Assembly (NCBI GenBank): GCA_027923505.1 | Contig: BROI01000020.1 | Location: 1 to 64,000, forward strand | DNA from: Mayamaea pseudoterrestris | Lineage: Eukaryota | Length of the DNA: 64,000 bases | Reading direction: 5' to 3' | Shown: positions 49,683 through 60,905 of the stretch, piece after piece | Layout of the letters: each line of letters starts with the position of its first letter | Position numbering within the stretch: position 1 is the stretch's first letter | Position numbers and translations under genes: made by a program | Notes under the pieces: generated by a model | What the model was told of the DNA's origin: nothing | Database searches by the model: none | Seen by the model: only the letters and a program-made list of their open reading frames with translations

Positions 49683-52600
49683 ATGAGCGCTCCCGGATTA
49701 AACGGAACCAATAGCAACAACTGGGACGTGTCTCGTCTCTGGTCTCCAGCCGGAGACTTTGACATAATTGGTCTCGATCAAGTCATGGTGGCCGCCTACA
49801 GTCCGACGGACCCGCATCGCGCGTCGGCCAATAAACTGCTCATGCAGCTCCAGGAAATGCCCGAGCTCTGGACCAAGGCGGATGCCATTATTGAGCAAGC
49901 GCAGAATCCGCAGGCGCGATTCTTTGGATTGCAGGTATTGGATGATGCGATTAAAACACGCTGGAAGGTTGTGGCGCAGGATCAGCGCGATGGAATCAAG
50001 AATTATGTCGTTGGGAAAGTGATTAACATGAGCAAGGATGAAGTAGTGATGAATCAGGAACGAGTCTTTATTAGTAAATTGAATTTGACGCTGGTGGAAA
50101 TACTAAAGCAAGAGTGGCCGCACAATTGGCCGTCGTTCATCACCGATTTGGTTGGCAGCTCCAAGACGAGCGAAGTCTTGTGCGAAAACAACATGCAGAT
50201 TCTCAAGCTCCTGTCGGAGGAAGTCTTTGACTTTTCCAAGGATCAAATGGTCACGGATAAGGTCAAGCGCATGAAGGAGAGTCTCAATGGCGAGTTTGCG
50301 CAGATTTATCAGCTGTGCGAGTTTGTTTTACTGAACTCGCAACGACCATCCTTGCTGCGGGTCACGCTGCAGACGCTGCAGCGGTTTCTTACGTGGATTC
50401 CGCTTGGATTTATCTTTCAAACCAATTTGATTGATGTTCTTGTCAACAAGTTTTTTAGTACACCATTGTTTCGCAACGAGGCGCTCGATTGCTTGGCGGA
50501 AATTGGAAGCTTGAAGGACCTTGATCCACAGTATGATCATTTGTTTCGACAGTTGCTGCAAGGTTTTCTCGTGCAGCTTGGCGCTATCATTACGCCGGAA
50601 ACAAACTTGACGCCTGCGTATGAGAATGGATCAGAAACGGACCGACTCTTTATCCAAAAGCTTGCCCTGTTTCTGTCGGGCTACTTTAAGTCGCATCTTC
50701 ACGCGCTCGAAGCGCCCGAGTCGCAGGAAGCCTTGCTCAAGGGCATGGTATACTTGGTGCGTGTGTCGGAGGTGAAGGATACTGAAATCTTTCGCATTTG
50801 CCTCGAAGCATGGCACATGCTTGCCGACGACTTGTACAAGTGGGAGCAAAGTGTTGCGCGGAGCAGCTTGGGCAGCGGTTTGAACCTTGGCACGCCAGGT
50901 ATGAATGGAGCGGGACAGGCGTCGCGCAAGTTTCTTTATGCTAATGTTTTGACTGGCGTGCGGCATGTCATGATTGCCAACATGGCCAAGCCGGAGGAGG
51001 TTTTGATTGTCGAGGACGAGAATGGAGATATTGTCCGAGAAACGACCAAGGATACTGACGTTATTGCGCAATACAAGACGATGCGAGAAGCTTTGGTTCA
51101 TTTGACGCACTTGAACTATGAAGACACGGAGACGATCATGTTGGCCAAGCTGGCGGAGCAAGTAGACGGATCGGCTTGGAGCTGGAACAATTTAAACACG
51201 CTTTGTTGGGCGATCGGAAGCATTTCTGGCGCCATGACTGAAGACGAAGAGAAGCGATTTTTGGTGACTGTCATTAAAGACTTGCTGGGATTATGCGAGC
51301 AAAAGCGAGGAAAGGACAACAAGGCTGTCGTTGCATCGAATATCATGTACGTTGTGGGGCAGTACCCTCGGTTCTTGAAGGCACACTGGAAGTTTCTCAA
51401 GACAGTCGTCAATAAATTGTTTGAATTTATGCATGAGGTGCATCCTGGTGTGCAAGACATGGCTTGTGACACATTTTTGAAGATTGCTGGCAAGTGTAAA
51501 CGCAAATTTGTGACGGTGCAGTCGGACGAATCAGTGCCGTTTGTCTGCGAGCTTGTCGACTCCTTGCCAAGCATCATTAGCGACCTGGAACCGCATCAAG
51601 TGCAAGCGTTTTATGAAGCAGTGGCAACGATGCTGAGCGAGAATCCAGAGACCGTCCCGATTGATCGACCAGCCATTCTGTTGAAGCTGATGGAGCTTCC
51701 CAATCGAACCTGGCGAACGATAATGGAGCAGGCTGCGACGAATGTCGAAACGCTTATTGCACCGGCGACGATTAAAGAAATTATAAAGATCCTCAAGACA
51801 AACAACAAGGTCTGTGGAGCAGTTGGGTCACTGTATACGCATCAGTTGCAAGTCTTCTTCCTCGACATGCTGAATGTTTACAAGGTTTATTCAGAGCGAA
51901 TTTCTTTGGCGATTCAACAACAAGGTCCTCATGCGACTCAGTTGAGTCTCATCAAGAACCTCCGTAGTGCAAAGAAGGAAGTTTTGCGATTGCTGAGCGT
52001 ATTTATCGCGAAGAGCGGACCACCAGAAGCTGATCCTCGGGCTGTGGCAATGGGATTTATTCCGCCAATTTTGGACCCAATTCTTGGTGACTACAAGCGT
52101 AACATTGCGGGTGCACGAGATCCTGAAGTACTGAAGCTAATGGGGACAGTTGTCGAGAAGTTACAAAATTACGTGGCTGAAGACGTTCCTAGAATCATGG
52201 AAGCTGTGTTCGAAGTCACTCTGGAGATGATTACGAAGAATTTTGAAGATTTTCCGGAGCATCGCTTACAGTTCTTTTGGTTTCTGAAGATGATTAATCA
52301 CCACTGCTTTGGTGCGCTTTTCAAAATCCCACCCGAGCACCAGAAACTCGTCGTACAGTCGGTTGCTTGGGCGATGAAGCACACGGAACGCAATATTTCT
52401 GATACGGTACGTTGTTCAGTTTGTCATCATTTGCGTTCTGCCAATTTTCTCATCTCTTACACATCTTTGCTTTGTAGGGACTTGAGATCCTACATGAACT
52501 ATTGATCAACGTCTCTCAGACACCAGGTGTCGCTCAGGCATTTTATCAGCAATACCTCTTGTCCCTTATTCAAGATGTGTTCGCCGTGATGACCGATCGG

Positions 52601-53023
52601 CTACACAAGTCTGGTTTCAAGATGCACTCCACTCTGCTCCGTCAAATGTTCCATCTGGTGCAACTGAACCAAGTGACAGTCCCACTCTTTGACGTGTCGC
52701 AGCACCCTCCAGGGACCACCAATCCAAGCTTTTTGCGGAACCACGTTTGTACGTTGCTGCTATCAAGCTTTCCGAATTTGAATCAAACGCAAGTGACCAA
52801 ATTTGTCGATGGTATGTTTGATGTCTCAATGGATCTGGGCAAGTTCAAGCAGCATTTGCGAGACTTTTTGATCGAGCTGAAGGAATTCAACGGCGAGGAT
52901 AACTCGGCTCTGTTTACCGAAGAGACGGAGCAAGCGCAGCGAGCGCGAGAGCAAGCTCTCATGGCCGAGAGAAGCGCCGTTCCTGGCATGCTCAAGCCGT
53001 CGGAGATTGATAATGATCTTTAG
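49683..53023 (+). CDS. XPO1: Exportin-1 (CRM1), 2 exons (49683-52406, 52478-53023), about 1089 aa
   Basis: Motifs [51 protein letters not shown] and [26 protein letters not shown] 71-bp intron GTACGT..TTTGTAG (52407-52477) joins the two track ORFs in frame. Confidence 0.97.
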
Positions 53024-53294
53024 AATGAATGTCGATACCTGCACTACCGGTGGCTGTCACTTGATTTGGAGTACGGGTTGATATTAACGGCCACTCATGC
53101 TCAAAGTAGACAACATATCTATACATTTACGACGCAAAATCACATTTTGAATAGATTTATCTGTCATAGTTGGTAGTGCTGATTTGTAATGGAGAGCCTA
53201 CATCTTAAATTGGATGCGTTCGTATAATCGGCAAACCTAGCAGGCTTCAACATGCACGTTTTAGTGTAATCCTTGATTACAGTTGATCCAAAAG

Positions 53295-54335
53295 TTACAA
53301 GCGCGGCGCATTGTCGTCACTCGTCGCCGCGTCGCCCTCTTGGTCCACCGTCCACAGTGACACGACACTTTCCACCCGACGACCCGAAAAGAGCTTTGCG
53401 AATGGATTTCTTGTTGGAATTGGCGCTTGCTTGGCAAGTGCAGGCGATTCTTGCATTGGTAGCGGCGGCAGCTCCTCCTCGGGGAGTTGCAGCATGAACA
53501 CCGACATTGGCTCCAATGCACTTTTCGAGAATGGCATGTTAATGGCCTTTTTAACCAAGTTTCTTCGCAAAGGATCCTGCTCCAAATCATCCTTTATGTC
53601 ATTATCGTTGGCTTCCTCGTCGGCGGAAAAGGAGAAGAACGAATCGGCTGCCGCCTTGTCCGCTTCTCTGGCGTTGTGCTCCTCCAGCTCGACCATGTTC
53701 ACGAGCGACCTTTTCGCAGCAGCAGGATTCATTAGCGGCCTGTCGTCAAAGCTTCGATGAAAAGAGGAACTTGGTAGTAACTCTTCTTCAGTCAGCTTGA
53801 TGGGGCTTTCTCTGGGAAAATCGTTGTGAGTGTCAGCAACGACATTCCTATTGCTATTTTCAAAGCGACTGTCGTCAACATTAGCGGCTGCAAAAGAATT
53901 TTTGGATGGCATGTATGGAACATTGTTGACAACTTCACTATCCACGTTTCGTTGACTGTTGCGACTGCTCCGGCGGCGCCGTGAGCGAGTGTTTCGTCTT
54001 GTACCCTCATGAGTTTCTACTGCTGCTGCATCGTCGCCGTCAACCACCGACTGCTTCCTTCGCTCGACAAGCTCACGCAAGTCTTGACCAAAGTCCCGCA
54101 CCATGAAGACAATTTCCTTTTCAAAAGCTTCCAATACTGGAGATGTTTCTGGACCTGGAATATGATCGGTCTCCAATGCGGAGGCGTAATGCATGTCGGC
54201 ATCAAGGCCATCGACAATGTTGATGCTGTTGCCGCTGGAGGGTCTTCTCGAGTCTGGCCGCGGCGATGACTCTGTTGACGCCAATGAAGCTTCAATGACA
54301 AGTACAAGCAAAATGCTGGCGAGTCGTAGTTTCAT
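53295..54335 (-). CDS. Unknown protein with an N-terminal signal peptide, about 346 aa, largely low-complexity
   Basis: Long open frame (track 53295..54497). The internal ATG at 54335 begins MKLRLASILLVLVIEASLA, which looks like a signal peptide. No recognisable domain. Confidence 0.65.
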   Translation of the reverse strand: MKLRLASILLVLVIEASLASTESSPRPDSRRPSSGNSINIVDGLDADMHYASALETDHIPGPETSPVLEAFEKEIVFMVRDFGQDLRELVERRKQSVVDGDDAAAVETHEGTRRNTRSRRRRSSRNSQRNVDSEVVNNVPYMPSKNSFAAANVDDSRFENSNRNVVADTHNDFPRESPIKLTEEELLPSSSFHRSFDDRPLMNPAAAKRSLVNMVELEEHNAREADKAAADSFFSFSADEEANDNDIKDDLEQDPLRRNLVKKAINMPFSKSALEPMSVFMLQLPEEELPPLPMQESPALAKQAPIPTRNPFAKLFSGRRVESVVSLWTVDQEGDAATSDDNAPRL

Positions 54336-54661
54336 GGTGCGCGATATTACTGAAATGGTGTATGCGATTTCAATCGTTTCAGGTCGGTCGGCTCGCCATG
54401 GTCGACGACCATCATCCAAATCCACGTCATCTTTCAACCGCTCCGACGCAAGGACGTTTTTACGCATTCGCGTTTCGCTAGCTAAGGCGGCGATCATCTA
54501 TCTGCTTCTCTTCATTTTTTTTATCTCCTCTCGCCACCATTGCAAAAGACTCGACACGACTTATAAGACGTATAGTGGAAATATAGGTAGTTACTAGTTA
54601 ACATGTCGATGACCCGAACATGGATGATCCTTTATGTACTCGTGTCAACCGGTGAAAACTT

Positions 54662-56737
54662 CTACACGCAGGAGCAGTTGCAGTCGCACTGAACGCTAGC
54701 ACAATCAAGAACAATTCCATCATTTGCATTGACTGATGAAAACGCTTGACAAACTTGGCTGGGAACACTGCCCGACAAGTTTGTCTTATAGAATTGTAGT
54801 ATGCGTAGCTGCGGAAGTTGGGCAAACTCGGTCGGCAGTGTGCCACTGATGCGCGTCTCCGATAGATCCAAGGATGACAAGGACGTTAGTTGGGCAAGCT
54901 GGCTGGGAAGCGCTCCGGAAATACTAGTATTGTGCATGGTCCACGTGACCAGGCTTGTCATTTCTTGTATCTGCGATGGAATGGTTCCTTCGAGTAGTGG
55001 ATTGTTTGCCAGATCCATGAAGCGTAGGCGGGTGCAACCGGCGAGTTGTGTCGGAATTGAGCCCGACAAACGGTTGGAGTTGAGTTGTAAGGTGTAAAGC
55101 ATTGTCATCAGTCCCAGTGCAGTCGGAATCGGCCCCGAAAGCGAGTTTTGAGACAGATTAATCAACGTAGCGAGTGATTCTCTAATGTCGGAAGGTATAT
55201 TGATGGAGCCCGTGAACAAGTTGGCCGAAAGATCCAAACTGACAAGCGACGACAAATGAAATAGTTCCAATGGCAAACTGCCAAAGAAGCGATTCTTCTG
55301 AAGAAGCAGTTCCGTAATCTTTGGAAAGGAGTTTATAATACTTGGAAACGTACTCGAGAAATTGTTTTCATGCAAATGTATTGGTCGAGCATTCGCCCGC
55401 CAGCTTTGCCAGACGGCTTCCGGAATTTCGCCTCGCAGCAAATTTCCATTCAGTCGAATGTCGCGCAGGGTTGTCAGTAGCGCAAGCTCAATGGGAACTT
55501 CGCCAACGAGTCCATTGTTGGACAAATCCAAGTACTGGATACCACCTTCTCGACTCGGCAGACACGGCTCATTGTGCAGTGACATGTAGAAATTATCCGT
55601 CGCCGCATACCACCAGTAGCACCGATAGTCCTCCTCCGCGACGAGCCAGTTGCTACTGTTGTTCCAGTTTGGACCATCCGTGGCGTAGTACAGCACCACC
55701 AGCGCAAACATTTCCGTCACGGCGACAAAGGTGCGATTCTCAAGGTCTGGCTGCGTCATGAGCCATTTCCACGCCTTGCCCTGCGGCGATGTTGGCGAAA
55801 AGCTTTTATCATCTTCTTGGCTGGTCCATGCCTTGTTCTTGTACCAGTCTGGGCCTGTCACGTTTGGGAGTTCGTTTCGAATGGCTGTCAATGTGGATTC
55901 ATGCAGGATCAATACCAACTTTTCAAGCGTTGACGGCAAAATGAGCGGCGCCGCCGGAAGAACGTTTTGCGTCGTCATGGTTGGCTCGTTGGACGTTTCG
56001 ACGGTGATTCCAATTATAACAACAATACAAACCAATGCACCAATGCACCACAGGAGGCGTCGTCGTTTTACGTAAAAGCCTTGGACCGTGGTGGCTGGCA
56101 CTGCCACAATCACATTCACATCTGAAACTGGTGCATTCGACTCGGCATCATCGTCGTTGTCGTCATTATTATCGTCATCGTCATTATCATCATCGGACGC
56201 AACAACAATTCCGACCAGCGCCGACTCGTCCGCCGCCGCGTACTCGTCGAAAATGGTTTGCACGGTGACACCGTAATGCACCACGGCCACGTCATAGTCG
56301 TCCGTCACGTCCGTCGGATAGTCGCGGGGAACGTAGTCGACGGGGTATTGGTGAAAGGCTCCCGGTAGCCGTTCAAATGTTTCTATATGGTTGTTGTTGT
56401 GTAGTTCGTCGCTTGCGGCGCTGCTGCTGTGAGCAGATGGAATGGCAGCTTTTAGTTTGTGATTTGTCGCTGCAGAAAGCGACTTGGTCGCTTTGATACT
56501 GTTGGCATTGGTCGTGCTGCTGGATTCTGACATATTCAAAGCGTTGACATTAGCATCATGGCTCCTCGTATCAGTCGGAGCGCTTGGTGGATGGAAACTG
56601 CTGGTTGATGCAGCTGCAGCGTCAGCTGCTCTAGGCAATGTCACAGCTTGTTGCTCTTCCTCCTCTGTATCGGCAGCGTTATTATCTTCGACGATGCCAT
56701 CATCGGTTCCTTCATTAGTTGCTTGAGGATTTGGCAT
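54662..56737 (-). CDS. Single-pass membrane leucine-rich-repeat receptor-like protein without a kinase domain
   Basis: Disordered acidic N-terminus, then KRRR plus a TM segment LLWCIGALVCIVVIIGITV. A cap motif FALVVLYYATDGPNW...W...CYW precedes plant-type LRRs (LxLxxNxLxGxIP) and a C-terminal DC...CxCxCxC. The first ATG is at 56737. Confidence 0.9.
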   Translation of the reverse strand: MPNPQATNEGTDDGIVEDNNAADTEEEEQQAVTLPRAADAAAASTSSFHPPSAPTDTRSHDANVNALNMSESSSTTNANSIKATKSLSAATNHKLKAAIPSAHSSSAASDELHNNNHIETFERLPGAFHQYPVDYVPRDYPTDVTDDYDVAVVHYGVTVQTIFDEYAAADESALVGIVVASDDDNDDDDNNDDNDDDAESNAPVSDVNVIVAVPATTVQGFYVKRRRLLWCIGALVCIVVIIGITVETSNEPTMTTQNVLPAAPLILPSTLEKLVLILHESTLTAIRNELPNVTGPDWYKNKAWTSQEDDKSFSPTSPQGKAWKWLMTQPDLENRTFVAVTEMFALVVLYYATDGPNWNNSSNWLVAEEDYRCYWWYAATDNFYMSLHNEPCLPSREGGIQYLDLSNNGLVGEVPIELALLTTLRDIRLNGNLLRGEIPEAVWQSWRANARPIHLHENNFSSTFPSIINSFPKITELLLQKNRFFGSLPLELFHLSSLVSLDLSANLFTGSINIPSDIRESLATLINLSQNSLSGPIPTALGLMTMLYTLQLNSNRLSGSIPTQLAGCTRLRFMDLANNPLLEGTIPSQIQEMTSLVTWTMHNTSISGALPSQLAQLTSLSSLDLSETRISGTLPTEFAQLPQLRILQFYKTNLSGSVPSQVCQAFSSVNANDGIVLDCASVQCDCNCSCV

Positions 56738-58087
56738 GTTCAGCGGTAGCAGTGACACTGTATATGGAAACTACCTTTTGCGTGGTGCAGGATCAGCTGC
56801 AAGTTGCTGCTCATTGCTGCATGCAGACATTGGCAAGTGACCGCTCTCGCGCGGTGAAACTGCCGGAAATTGCCCTTTTGGTGCTCCTGCTCGTTCGTTT
56901 TCATGCAAAACGTCAGGTAGCGCGAAGAATCAATGATCACATCGAGAGTAAGTTGATCGTGTGAAACTAACATCGCTTCGTTGACATGATTGAAAACTCG
57001 TAAAACTGTCAGGCAGTATTGCGTACTTCAAGGAGAAAGTCATTTCAGCTGTTTCGTGAGTCGGAGCCATCTTTGAAATCCCTTCGTCGTTTCTCGTCTT
57101 GCGCCTGCTCTTCCCTCGAACTTCATCGTAGATATAAGGATCTTATTGTAAACGAAAGAAAGTTATAGACAAAAGAAAGATGTTTCAGCGTTCGACCCTT
57201 TATAAAGTGGTCCAGCAGCATCATCTTACATCGAGGAACGATAGCGTTGCCACGCGCCGCCAATTCAGCTCTGCCTACTGCAAATGCAAACCATGAGCCA
57301 TATGTTAATGCATCTATTACCAACAAAAACTCTCGCGGCAATTTGCATCATGCCAAGTGGTAACATCTGCTATCTCGACACGTCAGATGCTGAACGCCGA
57401 CAAACGAGCTAGTAGGCGCGGGCAGCAAACCGTGGCGACTGGCGACAGACGGCAAGGAACATGTAACGACCAAGCGAAAGGGCCGCAAACATTTTTCTTG
57501 CGTGCAGTGGCAGTACTGCGTCAAGTTTTGTGTCAGTGGACAACGAATGAACAAGTTGCGCTGTGTCACGTATTGGACTTTTGTAGCCCGACATTCAGTG
57601 GGTCGCATGCAAGGCTGCAAGGTGCGTCCAAATGGGGGAGAAAAAGCTGACGGAGCTTACATTTTGGCTTGTCGACAGTCTCGCATGGGCCAGCGCAGAA
57701 TGCACAACGCTTCTCCTGCAGTGTGTAACGTGCTGTTCATTGTTTTACAAATGAGCTCTCCGATACAACCGTATATACAGAGTCATAGCATCTAAACGAA
57801 CACCGTTACTACGTGGAGTCGCTCAGCCTACCGTAGTAATGTTGTCATTTTGTGCTTGGTTCTCGTCGCAGCACATAATCATTAACCAAACTACAGTGGA
57901 ATGAGTCTGTAATAAGCTCGCTTATTTTGCTGTCAGTGCTGTCACACGTCATCATCGTGTCGCTCCGGTGTAAATTTTTGGACTTTCTCGCGATCAGATT
58001 TTTCAACGAAGGATCCCGCCGCCTTCGCACAAGACTCTTCGCTTACAATATTGTCTGCAAGTCGCAACATATACTTGTATATAAATC

Positions 58088-59518
58088 ATGATTGATGAGA
58101 CTGTCTTTTGGGATGACGCGATGGGTTTCGAGGCGTATTTGGACCGCCTTACATGGGCTGCCGACGAACCATGCCGTCGAATTCAACTCATCGTGTGCCG
58201 TAAATGTATTCTCAAAGCTTCAGAACTATCACGTGCGGATTTGGGTCGCCTAAAGGAAAGACTCTGTACAGCCCCTATTAGTACAATTCAATTTTATGGT
58301 GGCGACCGACGACCACATCCGAGTTGTATGCCACTCGCCTTTGCAATCACCCTTTCTGGCCTAATGGAAAGCTTTGCATCAAACTCTAACCTGGTGTGTG
58401 CCAGGTGGACGGAAGATGATTCATTCTGTACTGCGAATCATGATCCCTGGCTTTCGTATGAGTTGCTGAAGATGCTGCCACGTGTTTGCAAGGTGCAATT
58501 TGATAATGCTTTTGCCACTGAAGGTGAGGTTTCCCAAATGCTTAGTGCTTTAGAAGGAAACAATATGCTTCAGGAATTTCGTCTTTGCACACGACCGGAG
58601 CATTTCGAGAAGGTTTTCTTCAAAGTCAAATTGCTTTCCTCGCTCAAATGCTTCACCCTTGAGGGTAACAAAAACATTAATGCTCCACGTAAAGTAATGG
58701 AGCCTGTCCATGCTTATGAAATTGCACAGCTACTCAAATCAAGCTTGCCAATTACTGTCCGTCTCAAAGGCTTAAACTTTTGTTCAAGAGATAGTCACCA
58801 TGTGCTGTGCGAAGGATTGGTGGGTGCGCACGTGGATGGGTTTGAACTTGATAGATGCAAAGTTCTCCATCTCGGTTTACTGGCTGAAGCTGTTGCAAAA
58901 TCACGCCTCAAGAAAGTCACCATACGTGTCTTTATGCAAAAGGAGCTGAATTTAAAGTCCTGGGTGAAAGGAATACTGTGTATGCCTTGCTTGGAAGTAC
59001 TTGACCTGTCAAGTACCTTCCAACTTGATAGATCTGCCCAGGAAATTGAAGCAGCAATGTTTGCAGCTGCTGCAAAATGTCCCTGCCTTAAGCGATTGAG
59101 ACTACCAGTGTGCTCTTTCTCTGTCAATCTTGACACTGCTTTGGCAAAATGTGTCACTCCGTCATCACCGATTGAAGACATCTCTCTGGTCTGCTGTCCT
59201 GCTAGCACATACACAATGCAATTATCTGCTTTCATCAAGGCAATGAAATTAAATTACACTGTCACATCAATCAAATTTGAGAAAAATTTGAACCTGACAC
59301 CGGTTGTGATACGTGACATGCAAAAGTGGCTTGGTATAATATGTCAACTCAACAAATTTGGCCGTAAATACTTACAAGACAATGCCGCAGATGAACAACA
59401 GTGTTTACACCTAATTGAAGGAATCAACAATGATATTGACTGTTGTTTTGTGCATCAGCAGGAAAATCCTTTGCTTTCTGGGCTAATATATTCTGCAGTG
59501 CGTAAGCGGAAGAGATAG
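58088..59518 (+). CDS. Hypothetical protein (476 aa), probable RNI-like/degenerate LRR family
   Basis: Intact single-exon ORF with LxxLxL periodicity (CLEVLDLS, CLKRLRLP). The C-terminal NYTVTSI...LNKFGRKYL...ENP resembles expanded diatom families. The family assignment is from memory, not a search. Confidence 0.65.
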   Translation: MIDETVFWDDAMGFEAYLDRLTWAADEPCRRIQLIVCRKCILKASELSRADLGRLKERLCTAPISTIQFYGGDRRPHPSCMPLAFAITLSGLMESFASNSNLVCARWTEDDSFCTANHDPWLSYELLKMLPRVCKVQFDNAFATEGEVSQMLSALEGNNMLQEFRLCTRPEHFEKVFFKVKLLSSLKCFTLEGNKNINAPRKVMEPVHAYEIAQLLKSSLPITVRLKGLNFCSRDSHHVLCEGLVGAHVDGFELDRCKVLHLGLLAEAVAKSRLKKVTIRVFMQKELNLKSWVKGILCMPCLEVLDLSSTFQLDRSAQEIEAAMFAAAAKCPCLKRLRLPVCSFSVNLDTALAKCVTPSSPIEDISLVCCPASTYTMQLSAFIKAMKLNYTVTSIKFEKNLNLTPVVIRDMQKWLGIICQLNKFGRKYLQDNAADEQQCLHLIEGINNDIDCCFVHQQENPLLSGLIYSAVRKRKR

Positions 59519-60905
59519 CTTTTAAGAAGACCATTGTCAAGTGCTTTGTTGCGCATGGATGTAGCTTGATAGACCATACCTCTTAGTGATGCTACATATG
59601 TTAGACTAAACCGCATCCAATACATGTGCTAGAGGTTCTGTATGATTGATTGCAACGCATACATGTGGCATCGATATGTAAGCTGACAAAAGCCTCCATT
59701 GTTGCCTTGGCCTCCATTGCCTTGGCTTCTATCATTGAGGTGGCCTCTACCTTGTGCTACACAAGCACAATCACTGCCTTTGGCTTTGTTATTGCGGTGT
59801 TTGAGCTGGCTTTTCATTCGTGTGGCGTTGAGCAGTCTCTCAAATCTCTTCGCACTGGAGCTTGTCAAAATACTTACAAAGCTCGGCTACTTCCATACCT
59901 TGGTGGCTGACATGCAGCAACACGTTCAGCTTTTGGCTGGTGTTTAACAGGTTGCTTGGTAAACGCCCAATTGCGAGTTTGTTTGGGTGTGAAGATATCA
60001 TCAATCACGTCCGGGTTGCCTGTACTTTTGGGATTCTGGATTGGTCAAAATGAGAGGTGGTTCAGGATTCCAAGTTCCTTTAAGCCACACCAGCGGCATT
60101 CGCAGCAAACAGTCCCTTCAAGCTTTCCTTGTTCTTCAGTTCGGAGTGGCGCATGTCCCGTGGGGCATTCACTGGCAATTCCAAAGTAGTCGTGGTCATC
60201 CGGAACAATGACCTGATCGTGGATGACCATTTGGTTGCAGCACACCAACAACAAACCAGTCTGCTCCTTTGTTGTTGTTATTGCTGCAGCTCATATTTCC
60301 TGGATCACCCCGAGTCTCCCATCAAGACCGGTAAATATAGATTTTGAAGTCTTCCTCCATCAAGATGTCTTCCGACTGGCTCTCCTACTACTCGGATCTG
60401 AGTCGCAACTGTCGCGTTCTTCCTCCACTCTACAATGGACTCGTTGCAGGATGCGAACGAAAACAGCGAAAATTGGGCAAGTCACACCGAATGTCCGATA
60501 GGGTGACACAGCGGCACTCGCGACTCACCACAGCCTCACGATCGCGTGATGCGTGGCAGCGACGGCTTCGAAGCAATTCAACGAGTATATTGCTGAAACT
60601 AGTGCGATATAGAGTAGAAACAAGCAGACTTACTAAGCTTGAAGAGTTAAAAGAGCGATTTATTTGTCTCTCGTATTGTAGCAACTGCAAGCTTGGATTG
60701 GCCATCCAAGGACAGCTACAAGCGAAAGGTGCAACGATTTGATTTACAAGTTACAAGATTAACACTGTCTTGAGACTCATTGCCTCGGCATAGAGACTTT
60801 ATCGATGAAGAGTACTATTGATTTATGAAGTAACGTGGACGCACGTTGGTTCTTGGCCCGGAAAGTTCCGCAGGTGATAGCAAGAACATTGTCACGACGA
60901 CAACG

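Noticed and set aside
52407..52505. XPO1 split into two ORFs (apparent frameshift)
   Set aside because: It is explained by a normal 71-bp GT-AG intron.
59600..60480. Short ORFs or a possible pseudogene between the 476-aa gene and the second element
   Set aside because: Fragmentary frames with no recognisable motif.
60490..60860. Possible 5' LTR and PBS of the second copia element (TGTCCG at 60492; TGGTTCTTGGCCC near 60847)
   Set aside because: The position is plausible, but the partner LTR lies outside the window, so boundaries cannot be supported.
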